Virus record (IMG/VR): IMGVR_UViG_3300023238_000005
Location: 52,041 to 116,040 of that record
Direction: 5' to 3' (one strand)
Length of the DNA stretch: 64,000 bases
Source of the DNA: a virus
Notes under the pieces: model-generated
The model's database searches: none
The model's input: only the letters and a program-made list of their open reading frames with translations
What the model was told of the DNA's origin: nothing
Shown: piece after piece, positions 19,666 through 28,960 of the stretch
Layout: each line of letters opens with the position of its first letter
How positions within the stretch are numbered: the first letter of the stretch is position 1
Position numbers and translations under genes: made by a program

Positions 19666-20729
19666 TATACGTTATCCTTTGGTGTCATAAGATCTTGTAA
19701 GTACTGTGGAGGAGTTTTTCCGTTTTTGCCGCCCCAATATCTAAGTGGTAATATGTTACTAATGTAATTAGATTTTTGTCCTGTCCATGCAATATCAATA
19801 TGTATGGCACCAGCACCTAGGTATCCATTACCCATACCAATTGCAGTTGCTCCGGCATCCCTGCATGCTTCAGCAAACTTTATCATAATTGCAAGTTGTG
19901 CAGGATCAGTTGTGTATAGTCTATTACTATCGCCGTCTGTTAGTCTAACTTCTGATGCAAACCCTTTGTCAAATCTATTAGAGCCAGTTCTGTTTTTGCC
20001 GTTGAGGCCGCCTTCACTAGTAGGAACTTGGCCTCCAGTGATTACTGTAACATTAACACCTGCTGCTCTTGCTGCTGTTTCAAGTATGTTCCATAGTTGT
20101 GATTGTATAGGAAGATTACGAATACCACTTATTCTATAGGTAACAATGCCGTCAGCAGATCCAGCTGTTGGTACTACTTGATCAAATGGGACACTGCTTT
20201 CAGAATAAGTCTCGCCATCTGCGCCAGTAATAGCTGTAGTGGTGCCGCCAGCGTAGCCTGCACGTTGAGCATTAACTTCAGTGCCGCCAGTGAATCCTCC
20301 TGGATTCGACGTGTTGTTCCTAATTGCATTATAGTTAGCTGCACTTGTGTTGCCTAAGTTCGTTGGATTACCAACTTCAGCATTAACTATGTCGAGTATA
20401 CCCGATTGCTGCAAGTTAATAAAATCACTTGCTGCTTTTGCAATATTAGCTGGATTGTTTGCTACGTTATCTGCTTCGCGTTGATAAATGCCTTTAGCTC
20501 TGTCATCGCCTCTATCTGTAATAATACGCAAGTCTACTTGTATATCTTCAAACAAACTTGCTATCTCAGCAAGACATGCTTGGTGAGCAATATCAAAATC
20601 AATGTGTACATGATCAGCTGGCGCTGGCGCTGAACCCGGATCAGTGTCAGTGTCACTATCCGTATGGTTGACCGTAGTTTTACCTAAACTTGCGGAATCT
20701 TCATATATATTTGCGCCTGCTATTGACAT
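19665..20729 (-). CDS. Virion protein with degenerate peptidase M15-like C-terminal domain
   Basis: ITGGQ...GSNRFDKGFASEV...IHID; late promoter GATAAATA. Confidence 0.6.
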   Translation of the reverse strand: MSIAGANIYEDSASLGKTTVNHTDSDTDTDPGSAPAPADHVHIDFDIAHQACLAEIASLFEDIQVDLRIITDRGDDRAKGIYQREADNVANNPANIAKAASDFINLQQSGILDIVNAEVGNPTNLGNTSAANYNAIRNNTSNPGGFTGGTEVNAQRAGYAGGTTTAITGADGETYSESSVPFDQVVPTAGSADGIVTYRISGIRNLPIQSQLWNILETAARAAGVNVTVITGGQVPTSEGGLNGKNRTGSNRFDKGFASEVRLTDGDSNRLYTTDPAQLAIMIKFAEACRDAGATAIGMGNGYLGAGAIHIDIAWTGQKSNYISNILPLRYWGGKNGKTPPQYLQDLMTPKDNV

Positions 20730-20762
20730 TTACATTCCTCTTTAGTATATTTATCCTAGAAT

Positions 20763-21053
20763 TTACGCGACTTGAATATTACTAGTACTTGCTGTATATT
20801 GTTTTGCAATTTCAGTTTCAGTTGCAGCCATACAACTTACTGCATGTGCTTGTAGTTCAAACTTTGCATCAGGCGATACGCCAAACATGAAAGGTGCTAG
20901 ACCTAAACCTTGCTGTTGCATAATTAGCACCATTGGCTTAAAAAGTGTATACTGTGATGGCGTCTCGCCATCCATGCGGGCAACTAATTCTTCGCCTGAG
21001 TTTAATTTGAATGAGACAATTTCGCCTACTTTAAGTGGCTTCTGAATGATCAT
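20763..21053 (-). CDS. Hypothetical protein (Sm-like beta fold suspected)
   Basis: IVSFKLNSGEELVAR pattern. Confidence 0.65.
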   Translation of the reverse strand: MIIQKPLKVGEIVSFKLNSGEELVARMDGETPSQYTLFKPMVLIMQQQGLGLAPFMFGVSPDAKFELQAHAVSCMAATETEIAKQYTASTSNIQVA

Positions 21054-21301
21054 AGTGAGTATCCTGTTCCGTTATAGTTAGTTTCTTCTAAGTATGCGCC
21101 TAGCTTATCGTAGCCACCAATTTTTGTTCCGTGTACTGTAATTTGTGGGAAGGTACGTGCTCCTGGAAACTTTTCAAGTACCTCGTCTCGGGTAAAGTCT
21201 GTGCCAAGTTGGAAGTACTTGTATGGCAACTTCCTTGCTTCGCACAAAGCCTTTGCTCTATCACAGAATGGACACTGAGGCTTGCCATAAATTTCTATCA
21301 T
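21050..21301 (-). CDS. grx: Glutaredoxin
   Basis: CPFC active site, TFPQI, IGGY; downstream of nrdB. Confidence 0.93.
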   Translation of the reverse strand: MIEIYGKPQCPFCDRAKALCEARKLPYKYFQLGTDFTRDEVLEKFPGARTFPQITVHGTKIGGYDKLGAYLEETNYNGTGYSL

Positions 21302-21393
21302 AAACTAAATCCTTTAAAAGTATCTTCGCCGACATCCTGCTTTGTGCCGCCGCTGACGTATGATGTAATTTCTGTTTCTTGAGTATTAATCAT
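21298..21393 (-). other. Displaced original nrdB 3' end, forming a 31-codon mini-ORF
   Basis: MINTQETEITSYVSGGTKQDVGEDTFKGFSL duplicates the NrdB C-terminus; GAGGT SD upstream. Confidence 0.85.
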
Positions 21394-22513
21394 TTTTCAT
21401 TACCTCTAATTTCCAACCTTTTGTTTTTCCCTTTTTTGGTATCGGCCAGTTTTTTTGTATTTGCATTTTTAACGTACTTTGACTTAAATTATGCTCCTTG
21501 CAATAGTCGCCTAATTCACTGCCGTATAATATGTGCTCTTCATTATCCGGTGATGATAGTTTGTAACAGTAACTTTTCTTATTTAACTTGCCAACTCGCA
21601 AGCTAGCTTTTTGTCCAATTAACGCTTTAGTATGTGCAGACTGCGTCTTTCCATACATAGGGTTTCCAGAACCAGCATTAAGTTTTTTAAACAATTCCTT
21701 TGTTTCTTCACTGTGTTGCTTTGGGCCATAGCCGCCCCTTTCTTTTTGTAATCTTGATCTTAACTCACGCTGCGCTTGTGCCTTTTCATTACCGTATATT
21801 TCTTCATACGATTTACCTTTATGATTAGGTGGTCGAGCATCTTTGCATATATTTGTTAAGGTGCCGTTCTTATTATATCCTTTGCGGCCGTACTTTTCTA
21901 TTAACACTTCTTCCATATCATATGCTAACTGTTCATCGATGATATTTTCTGCAATATATTCTATAACAGGTTCTAAACCTGCTTTACGAATACTAGCTAT
22001 TTTATTTTCTTTATACTTATTTCTAGTATTAGGCGTAGGGCGCAAATGCGTTGACGCTCTGCCTCCTGTTCCTTTACCAATATAAAACGGTTCATTTGTT
22101 CTTGGATCAACTAGCTGATATACATAAAACATATTATTAATCTCCTGTGTATTGTATTTAGCAAGAGACAGAGAATACCAGTTAGGTACACTATAATCTG
22201 TATTTTGTATTGCACTCCTTGCAAAGATAATAAAATCTCTATTATCCTTATAAGGTGTTACATCAACTAACATTTCGCCATTATTCCATACAGTATGTCG
22301 TATAGCTTGTAGCGTAACTCCTCCGTCAATTATATACCATCCTATAACTGGAGACCCGCCTTCTAACTGAGTATGTGTGTATACATTATTGTGACAGTTG
22401 TCATAATCGTACTCTGCTTCAGGCTCTACTAGTATTGCTCCTACCCAGCTACAGTCTAAGCTTTTACTAAAACTTAGAATGCTATCATCAATGTTAGTAG
22501 GAGTTGTCCACAT
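21386..22513 (-). mobile_element. GIY-YIG (LEM-3-like) homing endonuclease with NUMOD3-like repeats, fused to an N-terminal Cys-His-Asp domain
   Basis: FYVYQLVDPRTNEPFYIGKG from internal Met at 22132; HSEETK and GNPMYGK repeats. Confidence 0.85.
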
Positions 22514-23641
22514 TTAAAGACTAAATCCTTTAAATGTATCTTCACTTACATCTTGCTTCGTACCACCTGAAATATAGCTCGTTATTTGTGTTTGCTGAGG
22601 TGCCACTTGTACTTCGCTACCACTTATCCATTTCTGTGTCCAGGGTAAAGGATTAGTCTTTGTATTGTACGGACTTTTTAGATTTACATTAGTCATTCGA
22701 CGTGTGCAAATCCATTCAATGTATCCACTCAACAACTCTGTGTTAAGTCCAATCATTGATCCATCTTTAAACAAATATTCTGCCCAAGCCTTCTCCTGAT
22801 CAACTGCGTCAACAAACATTTGAATACATGCTTCTTCTGTTTCTTCTGCAATCTTTACATAGTCTGGATCGTCTTTCTTAAGAATCTTTAGCAACATTTG
22901 TGTGCTTGCTAGGTGCAAGTTCTCGTCACGGGCAATAAGTTTAATAATCTTAGCATTGCCTTCCATTTGCTTCATCTCTGCAAACGCCCAGCTACATGCA
23001 AAGCTTACATAGAACCGCACACCTTCAAGAATGTTAACACTCATTAGTGTAAGCCACAACAATTTCTTTAGTTCATACATGTCAACTTTAATCTTCTTGC
23101 CATTAACAGTATGAGTACCTTCGCCTAGCAACTTGTACCAGCGTGTAGTTTCGATAAGGTCATCGTAGTACTTGCTAATGTCTCCAGCACAGTCTGCAAT
23201 CTCTGCAATGTCTAGCATCTCATCAAAGATTTTACTGGGGTTGCTGTATACGTTACGAATAATATGTGTGTATGAGCGTGAGTGGATTGTTTCTGAGAAC
23301 GTCCACGTTGTGATCCAGTTCTCAATCTCTGGTAAACTTACAATAGGCGAAAATGCTTCTACTGGTGCACGACCTTGCACACTATCTAGTAGAATTTGAC
23401 GCTTTAGGTTACTTGTAAAGATGTGACGCTCATGGTCACTAAGAGCTTTAAAGTCTTTTGCATCTTGATAGATGTCTACTTCTTGAGGGACCCAAAAGAA
23501 TCCCAGTTGCTTTTCTGTCAATCCATCAAAGCTTTTGTACTTCAGCGTATCATAACGCTGGATTGTAGGACCGCCCGTTGGGTCCAAGAATGCTAATACT
23601 TTTGTGTGGTCTGCTTTATTTTCAGTGTTAAAAACGCTCAT
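22514..23641 (-). CDS. nrdB: Class Ia ribonucleotide reductase beta subunit
   Basis: FFWVPQE, QILLDSVQGR, ETIHSRSYTH, EGVRFYVSF, RDENLH. Confidence 0.97.
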   Translation of the reverse strand: MSVFNTENKADHTKVLAFLDPTGGPTIQRYDTLKYKSFDGLTEKQLGFFWVPQEVDIYQDAKDFKALSDHERHIFTSNLKRQILLDSVQGRAPVEAFSPIVSLPEIENWITTWTFSETIHSRSYTHIIRNVYSNPSKIFDEMLDIAEIADCAGDISKYYDDLIETTRWYKLLGEGTHTVNGKKIKVDMYELKKLLWLTLMSVNILEGVRFYVSFACSWAFAEMKQMEGNAKIIKLIARDENLHLASTQMLLKILKKDDPDYVKIAEETEEACIQMFVDAVDQEKAWAEYLFKDGSMIGLNTELLSGYIEWICTRRMTNVNLKSPYNTKTNPLPWTQKWISGSEVQVAPQQTQITSYISGGTKQDVSEDTFKGFSL

Positions 23642-23680
23642 CTAATCTCTTACCCTTGTGTGTGTATATCTATAGTATAA

Positions 23681-23708
23681 CTATAACATGTCCCAGAGGA
23701 CATGTCAA
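23681..23708 (-). promoter_or_regulatory. Sigma70 promoter for nrdB with palindromic spacer
   Basis: TTGACA-17-TATAGT; ACATGTCC...GGACATGT. Confidence 0.7.
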
Positions 23709-23711
23709 GTA

Positions 23712-24245
23712 TTAAATGTGACAAGATTCACAATTCTCTTCATCTACTTCAACAACTTCAAGTTCTCCCATCATCTTGTTAACATCTACTTCGCCTTGGC
23801 CATCGTTTGTTTGGAAATAATAAAGCTGTTTTCCGCCTAGCTTGTAGAACATTAAAAGATGCTGCAACATTGTGCTCATTGGTATCTTTTCATCTTCAAA
23901 GTAAATTGGATTGTAACTAGTGTTAACACTAATTCCTTGATCAATGTACTTTTGTAGTACAGCCATAATCTTCAAATAACCTTCTGGAGACTGTTGATCC
24001 CATAGCAAGTCATATTTATTCTTTAAACGCTTGTACTCAGGCACAACTTGCTTTAGTACACCATGCTTGCTCTGCTTGATACTAATTAAACTACGTGGAG
24101 GCTCAATGCCATTTGTAGCATTTGCAATTTGCGCACTAGTGTTATGACTAATGCATCCATTTGACAAGGTATAAGTTTCGTTGTCAGTTGAAACATCCCA
24201 AGTGTGTTCTGTTCCTGCGTCTCTTGTAATACGTTTAATTTTCAT
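23712..24245 (-). CDS. nrdA: Split-intein C part (35 aa) plus C-terminal fragment of RNR alpha subunit
   Basis: MKIKRI...WDVST...YTLSNGCISHN|TSAQIANATNGIEPPR; KQLYY; C-terminal CESCHI. Confidence 0.93.
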   Translation of the reverse strand: MKIKRITRDAGTEHTWDVSTDNETYTLSNGCISHNTSAQIANATNGIEPPRSLISIKQSKHGVLKQVVPEYKRLKNKYDLLWDQQSPEGYLKIMAVLQKYIDQGISVNTSYNPIYFEDEKIPMSTMLQHLLMFYKLGGKQLYYFQTNDGQGEVDVNKMMGELEVVEVDEENCESCHI

Positions 24246-25228
24246 TTTAATAATTCCTCTTTTGTAATTGAACATTTTCCTTGTTTTGATACGTTATCTT
24301 CCCAGGGAATAAATTCTAAATTTTGCAAGCTCCCTAATAACGCAGGATCAATTCTTTCAATAAATCCTCGAGATATTGAAAACTTATGATCTAGATGATA
24401 GGCGTGGTCGATTCCCGCTCGGCCCCTCTTTTCATAATTCGCTAATAGACTCAGGTCGTTTTGATTAGTATATTTCCAAACTTCTTTGTGATACTTTTTA
24501 TAATCAGATAAGTCACAATACGGGACCCAGATGCCATTTTCTTCTAATGTTTTTCTAATCTTTGATTGTCGTTCTCTAAAAACGGTTTCTCCTAGATTAT
24601 CTAGTGTGTTATGACCTCTAGTTTCTCTTATCTTAATATCAATTTCGTTTTTATTTAATGACGTTGTCTTTTCTAAATACTGTCTATAAGAATCAATGCC
24701 TATTTTTTGATCGTGTATTTCTCTAATTTTTCTTTTTGCATAATCAAAAGATTTTCCTCTATCTAAATAATACTGAATATGCAACGGACTATTAGCATAT
24801 TGAAATTCTTTTGCTTTAATTTCTGACTCTTCTTCGCTGTGACCTTTTCTTATATAGAACTCTTTACATCTAGGGCTTTGTGATTTTCCATTTTCTTTAG
24901 CAGTTTTCCATCCTTTTTGTAAGGATTTATTTCTCCATTCGTTGTATAGTTGAGTTCCTTTGTCTACACCGTGTTTTTTAATGAAATTTTCTTTTGATGT
25001 TGCTTTAGATTTTTTAAATTCGAGTATAGTTGTCTCAGCTTCTTCTCGAGTACAACTATCTCTCTTCATTACATAATCAGGGTCATATGGATTGGCCTTG
25101 TTTATTTTTTTGCCCCGGTTCCATGCATTCTTTTCCTTCACCAGAGAGATAGTTGTCTCAGCTTCTTCTCGAGTACAACTATCTCTCTTCATTACATAAT
25201 CAGGGTCATATGGATTGGCTTTTTTCAT
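24242..25228 (-). mobile_element. Free-standing HNH-type homing endonuclease between split-intein halves
   Basis: YHLDHKFSI...NLEFIPWEDNVSK C-terminal nuclease motif; N-terminal repeats; AT rich. Confidence 0.8.
25026..25219. repeat. Identical 71 bp direct repeat (period 123 bp) in endonuclease 5' end
   Basis: 25026-25096 equals 25149-25219; encodes ANPYDPDYVMKRDSCTREEAETTI. Confidence 0.9.
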
Positions 25229-25260
25229 TATAACTTCCTTAGCGTTAATGCTCTAGTTAT

Positions 25261-26217
25261 TTATCCATTAACGCTAACAATATCGTCATCTTCAGTTAAT
25301 TCACCTACTGTTATCCATACTTCTTTGTCATCTCGATTGACTAAAAGTTTATGATTTTCTGTAAATTTGTATGTCGATCCGTCTTCGAATTCAATTTCTG
25401 TAACAGACTGCGGACCGTTATAGTAGCATTCGTGTGCTATACTATTTTCTAGTTCAACAGGTTTTAAGAAAGGAAATCTCTGGCCTATCATGAATCTTTC
25501 GTGAACTGTGTCAATATCAATTTTTCCATAATCTTGAATAACTTCGGCAAGTGTTACAACTGTTCCATCTTTTAGTCTCATTTCATTTTCTAAACTCTGG
25601 CATTCAGCTGGCATAAGGGCCATTAGTGTTGAGTTACGAATGCCTGTGTCCTTTAGCTGTGCTCTAAGTGTATCCCAATCCATACGCTCTACATGTGGAA
25701 CCAACTCATCTAAGTCTTTCTTGTATGTTTGGTTAGGTGTAATACCGTGTCCGTACTTTGTTTCCATGTTGCCACTTGGCGCACCAAATTCTACTGCTAA
25801 GTCGGCACTTGCTTTAATTAAGTAGTACGACCATGCTTCTGCCCACTCGTCTACAAGTGCAAGCCCGTCTGCATCAATGTGCTGATACGTTAGATCATGT
25901 TTTGCTAACCAGTATGCGAAGTTAATAATGCCAACGCCTAAAGGACGGCGCTTCTCTGTAGATAATTGTGCTGCTAGAATTGGATAGTTTTGATAACTTA
26001 GCAGTGCATCCAATCCACGTACTGCCAAGCGACAAACACGCTCAAAGTCTGCCGGAGTACGAATGTTACCCCAGTTGATTGCACTTAGTGTACAAAGCGA
26101 GATAGCAGCGCCGTCATAGTCTTCTACCATTTCATCTACATATACATAATCGTCATCATTAACATCGTCTAAGTTATCGTCTACAATTTCGTACAGCCAT
26201 TTATTTTCCATTTTCAT
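25261..26217 (-). CDS. nrdA: Middle fragment of RNR alpha subunit plus split-intein N part (113 aa)
   Basis: Acidic leader, ISLCTLSAINWG, RRPLGVG, RNSTLMALMPAE|CQSLENE...FTENHKLL. Confidence 0.93.
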   Translation of the reverse strand: MKMENKWLYEIVDDNLDDVNDDDYVYVDEMVEDYDGAAISLCTLSAINWGNIRTPADFERVCRLAVRGLDALLSYQNYPILAAQLSTEKRRPLGVGIINFAYWLAKHDLTYQHIDADGLALVDEWAEAWSYYLIKASADLAVEFGAPSGNMETKYGHGITPNQTYKKDLDELVPHVERMDWDTLRAQLKDTGIRNSTLMALMPAECQSLENEMRLKDGTVVTLAEVIQDYGKIDIDTVHERFMIGQRFPFLKPVELENSIAHECYYNGPQSVTEIEFEDGSTYKFTENHKLLVNRDDKEVWITVGELTEDDDIVSVNG

Positions 26218-26968
26218 ATCCTTTTAATTTTCTTAATTTATACATAGACAATCCTGTTGCTAGCGATGCTTCAGACATTGATCCGTATTTAACGTCATCA
26301 ACAACTATTGATTTAGCAAAAGCATTATCACTTCCGAACATTGCTTTTCCAGGTTTGCCTTTACTTTTCCAATCGTTATATTCGTACTCTACATTACGAT
26401 TGTTTGTTAGTTTTTTACATTTATAATTTTTATAGTGCCTACGCTTACCTCTTGCAACTGCACTCATTGCAGAAGGTTTTAAATTATGTTCCTTACAAAA
26501 ATCTAACATATTTTCTCTAACAACAACATCACCGTTAGGCAAAGTGATTTCCCACGTGTCAATTTTTAATTTATGTCTGTTATGATCGCCCCATAACTGC
26601 TTTCCTTTGTGAGGACTAGGTTTTCCTTTTTTTGCTTTAGATATCCTATCATAATATATTTTAGCTAGCTCTGGATTATCGTGATGGCTCCAACCTCTTC
26701 CTGAATAATTATGAAGATTATAAAAATTAAAATTATTTGCAGCGTCAATATTGCATAGTATATCTTGTTCTTTAGACACTGCTTCTTCCCTAGTTAAATT
26801 ATAGTGTAATATCGTTCTAGTAAAATTTTTAGGATTATTTTCATATATTTCGTTAAAGTAATTGCTAGACGAAATATACCCATCGTCAAACGTTCCATAA
26901 TGAGAACCTATATATTTTTTATTATCTGTTGCTGATTCCCACATATAAATAAATCCTGTTTTACTCAT
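26201..26968 (-). mobile_element. GIY-YIG homing endonuclease (Seg-like) splitting nrdA
   Basis: GFIYMW...KKYIGSH...GYISSS, FYNL. Confidence 0.88.
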
Positions 26969-27002
26969 AATACTATACTCCTTTGTATAGTATTATTTAT
27001 CC

Positions 27003-28481
27003 TTATGTACTTTTTTTGCCATCAAATCTTTCTTTGTCAAGCCTTAAAATATTTCCTACTGATTTTTTATATTCTACGTATTCTTGATACTTTTCTTTAG
27101 GAATACGCACTCGTCTCCTGTGTGCCCCGTCGTTTAGATCTTTAAGTGGCTTAGTTGGCAATGTAATTTCTGCGCACAAGTTACTCATTCTAATAGGTGC
27201 AATTTCTGGTATAAAGCTGCCATGATCGTTTGCATTGTCTACGTTTTGTAAATAAATGCGTCCTGTATTCTTACGCTCTTCCATAAAATTACTGAACAGT
27301 TCACTTGCTTTAACTGACTTCTTACGTAGTCGTGTGTTACGTTCTGCTGTTTCGTATAGTTCTTTAAACTTGTCTTGATCTGCAAAGAAAGCTTCGTACA
27401 ATCCAGGAACGTCTGCAGGCGAGAACAAAGTTATGTCGCTACCAGTTACTAGTCTTTCATACATCAACTTGTTAAACTGTACACCGTAGTCCATGTGTCG
27501 TACACGGTTCTCTTCGGTCCCTTTGTTGTTCTTTAACACTAGCATGTCTTCTACTTCGAGGTGCCATACAGGGTAGTATATAGTTGCTGCTCCGCCACGT
27601 ACACCGCCTTGGCTGCATGACTTTACTGCTGATTGGAAATGCTTATAGAAAGGAATGATTCCTGTGTGATATGCATCGCCTTTACGTATGGGGGAGCCGA
27701 TAGCACGTATGCTTCCTCCGCCGATACCAATGCCTGCTTTTTGTGAGACGTACTTAACAACAGAGGCAGCAGTAGCATTAATGCTGTCAAGACTGTCATC
27801 AGTTTCAATGAGTACGCACGAACTGAACTGGCGCTGCGGGGTACGCACACCAGCCATAACAGGAGTAGGTAAACTAATGTCGTGTAAACTAATAGCATCG
27901 TAATATTCCTTGACCCATTGCAACCGAGTCTCTATTGGATAGTCTTGAAACAAACTTGCTGCAATAAGAATGTAGCAAACTTGTGGAGTTTCAAAGATTT
28001 CGCCGCTTACTCTATTTTGTACTAGGTATTTGCCGCGAAGCTGTTCCATTGCAACATAAGTTAAGTTCTCGTCGCGCTCGTGCTTAATAAATGTATTGAT
28101 TCTATTCCACTCGTCAGTTGTATACTTTGTAACGAGTTCAGAATCATAAAATCCAGCTTCTGTATTTCTGTCAACTAGTTCTTTAATATGACAAGGTTCA
28201 AACCCATCGTAAACTTCTTTGCGTAGTGCATAGTTTACAAGGCGTCCGCCTACATATTGATAGTTAGGAGTTTCTGCACTGATAAGATCTGCTGCTGCTT
28301 TGATTAGCGTTTCTTGGATTTCTTTACTAGTTACTCCATTGTAGAACTGTATTTGACTTTTAAGTTCTACTTCGCTAGGGCTAACTCCTGTAATATTTTC
28401 ACAAGCATAAAATACAACCTTGTGTAGTTTTTCAATGTCTAGAAGTTCTTTGTCGCCGTCACGTTTGGTAACTTGAATCAT
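27003..28481 (-). CDS. nrdA: N-terminal fragment of class Ia RNR alpha subunit with basic C-terminal extension
   Basis: ATP cone VTKRDG, PTPVMAGVR, QFSSCVL, SCSQGGVRGG, SNLCAEITLP. Confidence 0.96.
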   Translation of the reverse strand: MIQVTKRDGDKELLDIEKLHKVVFYACENITGVSPSEVELKSQIQFYNGVTSKEIQETLIKAAADLISAETPNYQYVGGRLVNYALRKEVYDGFEPCHIKELVDRNTEAGFYDSELVTKYTTDEWNRINTFIKHERDENLTYVAMEQLRGKYLVQNRVSGEIFETPQVCYILIAASLFQDYPIETRLQWVKEYYDAISLHDISLPTPVMAGVRTPQRQFSSCVLIETDDSLDSINATAASVVKYVSQKAGIGIGGGSIRAIGSPIRKGDAYHTGIIPFYKHFQSAVKSCSQGGVRGGAATIYYPVWHLEVEDMLVLKNNKGTEENRVRHMDYGVQFNKLMYERLVTGSDITLFSPADVPGLYEAFFADQDKFKELYETAERNTRLRKKSVKASELFSNFMEERKNTGRIYLQNVDNANDHGSFIPEIAPIRMSNLCAEITLPTKPLKDLNDGAHRRRVRIPKEKYQEYVEYKKSVGNILRLDKERFDGKKST

Positions 28482-28521
28482 GTGCTTTGTCCTTTAAATT
28501 GTTATAGTAGTTAGGTATTTA

Positions 28522-28944
28522 TTATTGTGCTGGCAGCACATGCGTTAGTTCAGAACGCAAAGTTTTAGGCAGTTTATTCCTTTGCACATACGTATCTGCA
28601 TCGAAACCTATCACCTTGTTGTCGACATAAAGCAAGTAGTATGTCTCCGAGTTTTTATAGTCTCGTGTTATATGTATCTCATAAGATGCTCGGGATAACA
28701 CATCAGTTAACTGCAAGGTGTAACAAATTGCAAGAATCTTAACAAAGGAACAATAATTATTTTCCTCTATTAATTCCCATGCTGTTGGCCAACTACTTGG
28801 AGTAAACGGATCAGCAGCAATCAAACATTCTGGTGCTCGATCGTAAAAATTAATTGTTTCTTGTATTGGATCATCTGCCGTTTCTAAAGAGTCTCTGAAC
28901 TCGCGCCAGATGAGTAGTCGTTGTTCATATTTTTTGTCAAACAT
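28522..28944 (-). CDS. Hypothetical protein
   Basis: 140 aa ORF; contains YCSF motif. Confidence 0.7.
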   Translation of the reverse strand: MFDKKYEQRLLIWREFRDSLETADDPIQETINFYDRAPECLIAADPFTPSSWPTAWELIEENNYCSFVKILAICYTLQLTDVLSRASYEIHITRDYKNSETYYLLYVDNKVIGFDADTYVQRNKLPKTLRSELTHVLPAQ

Positions 28945-28960
28945 TCATTTCACATGTTAG

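Noticed and set aside
21386-27003. Group I introns in nrdA/nrdB
   Set aside because: Endonuclease ORFs abut or overlap the RNR fragments, leaving no room for a ribozyme core, and fragments have their own starts and stops; not formally excluded without RT-PCR
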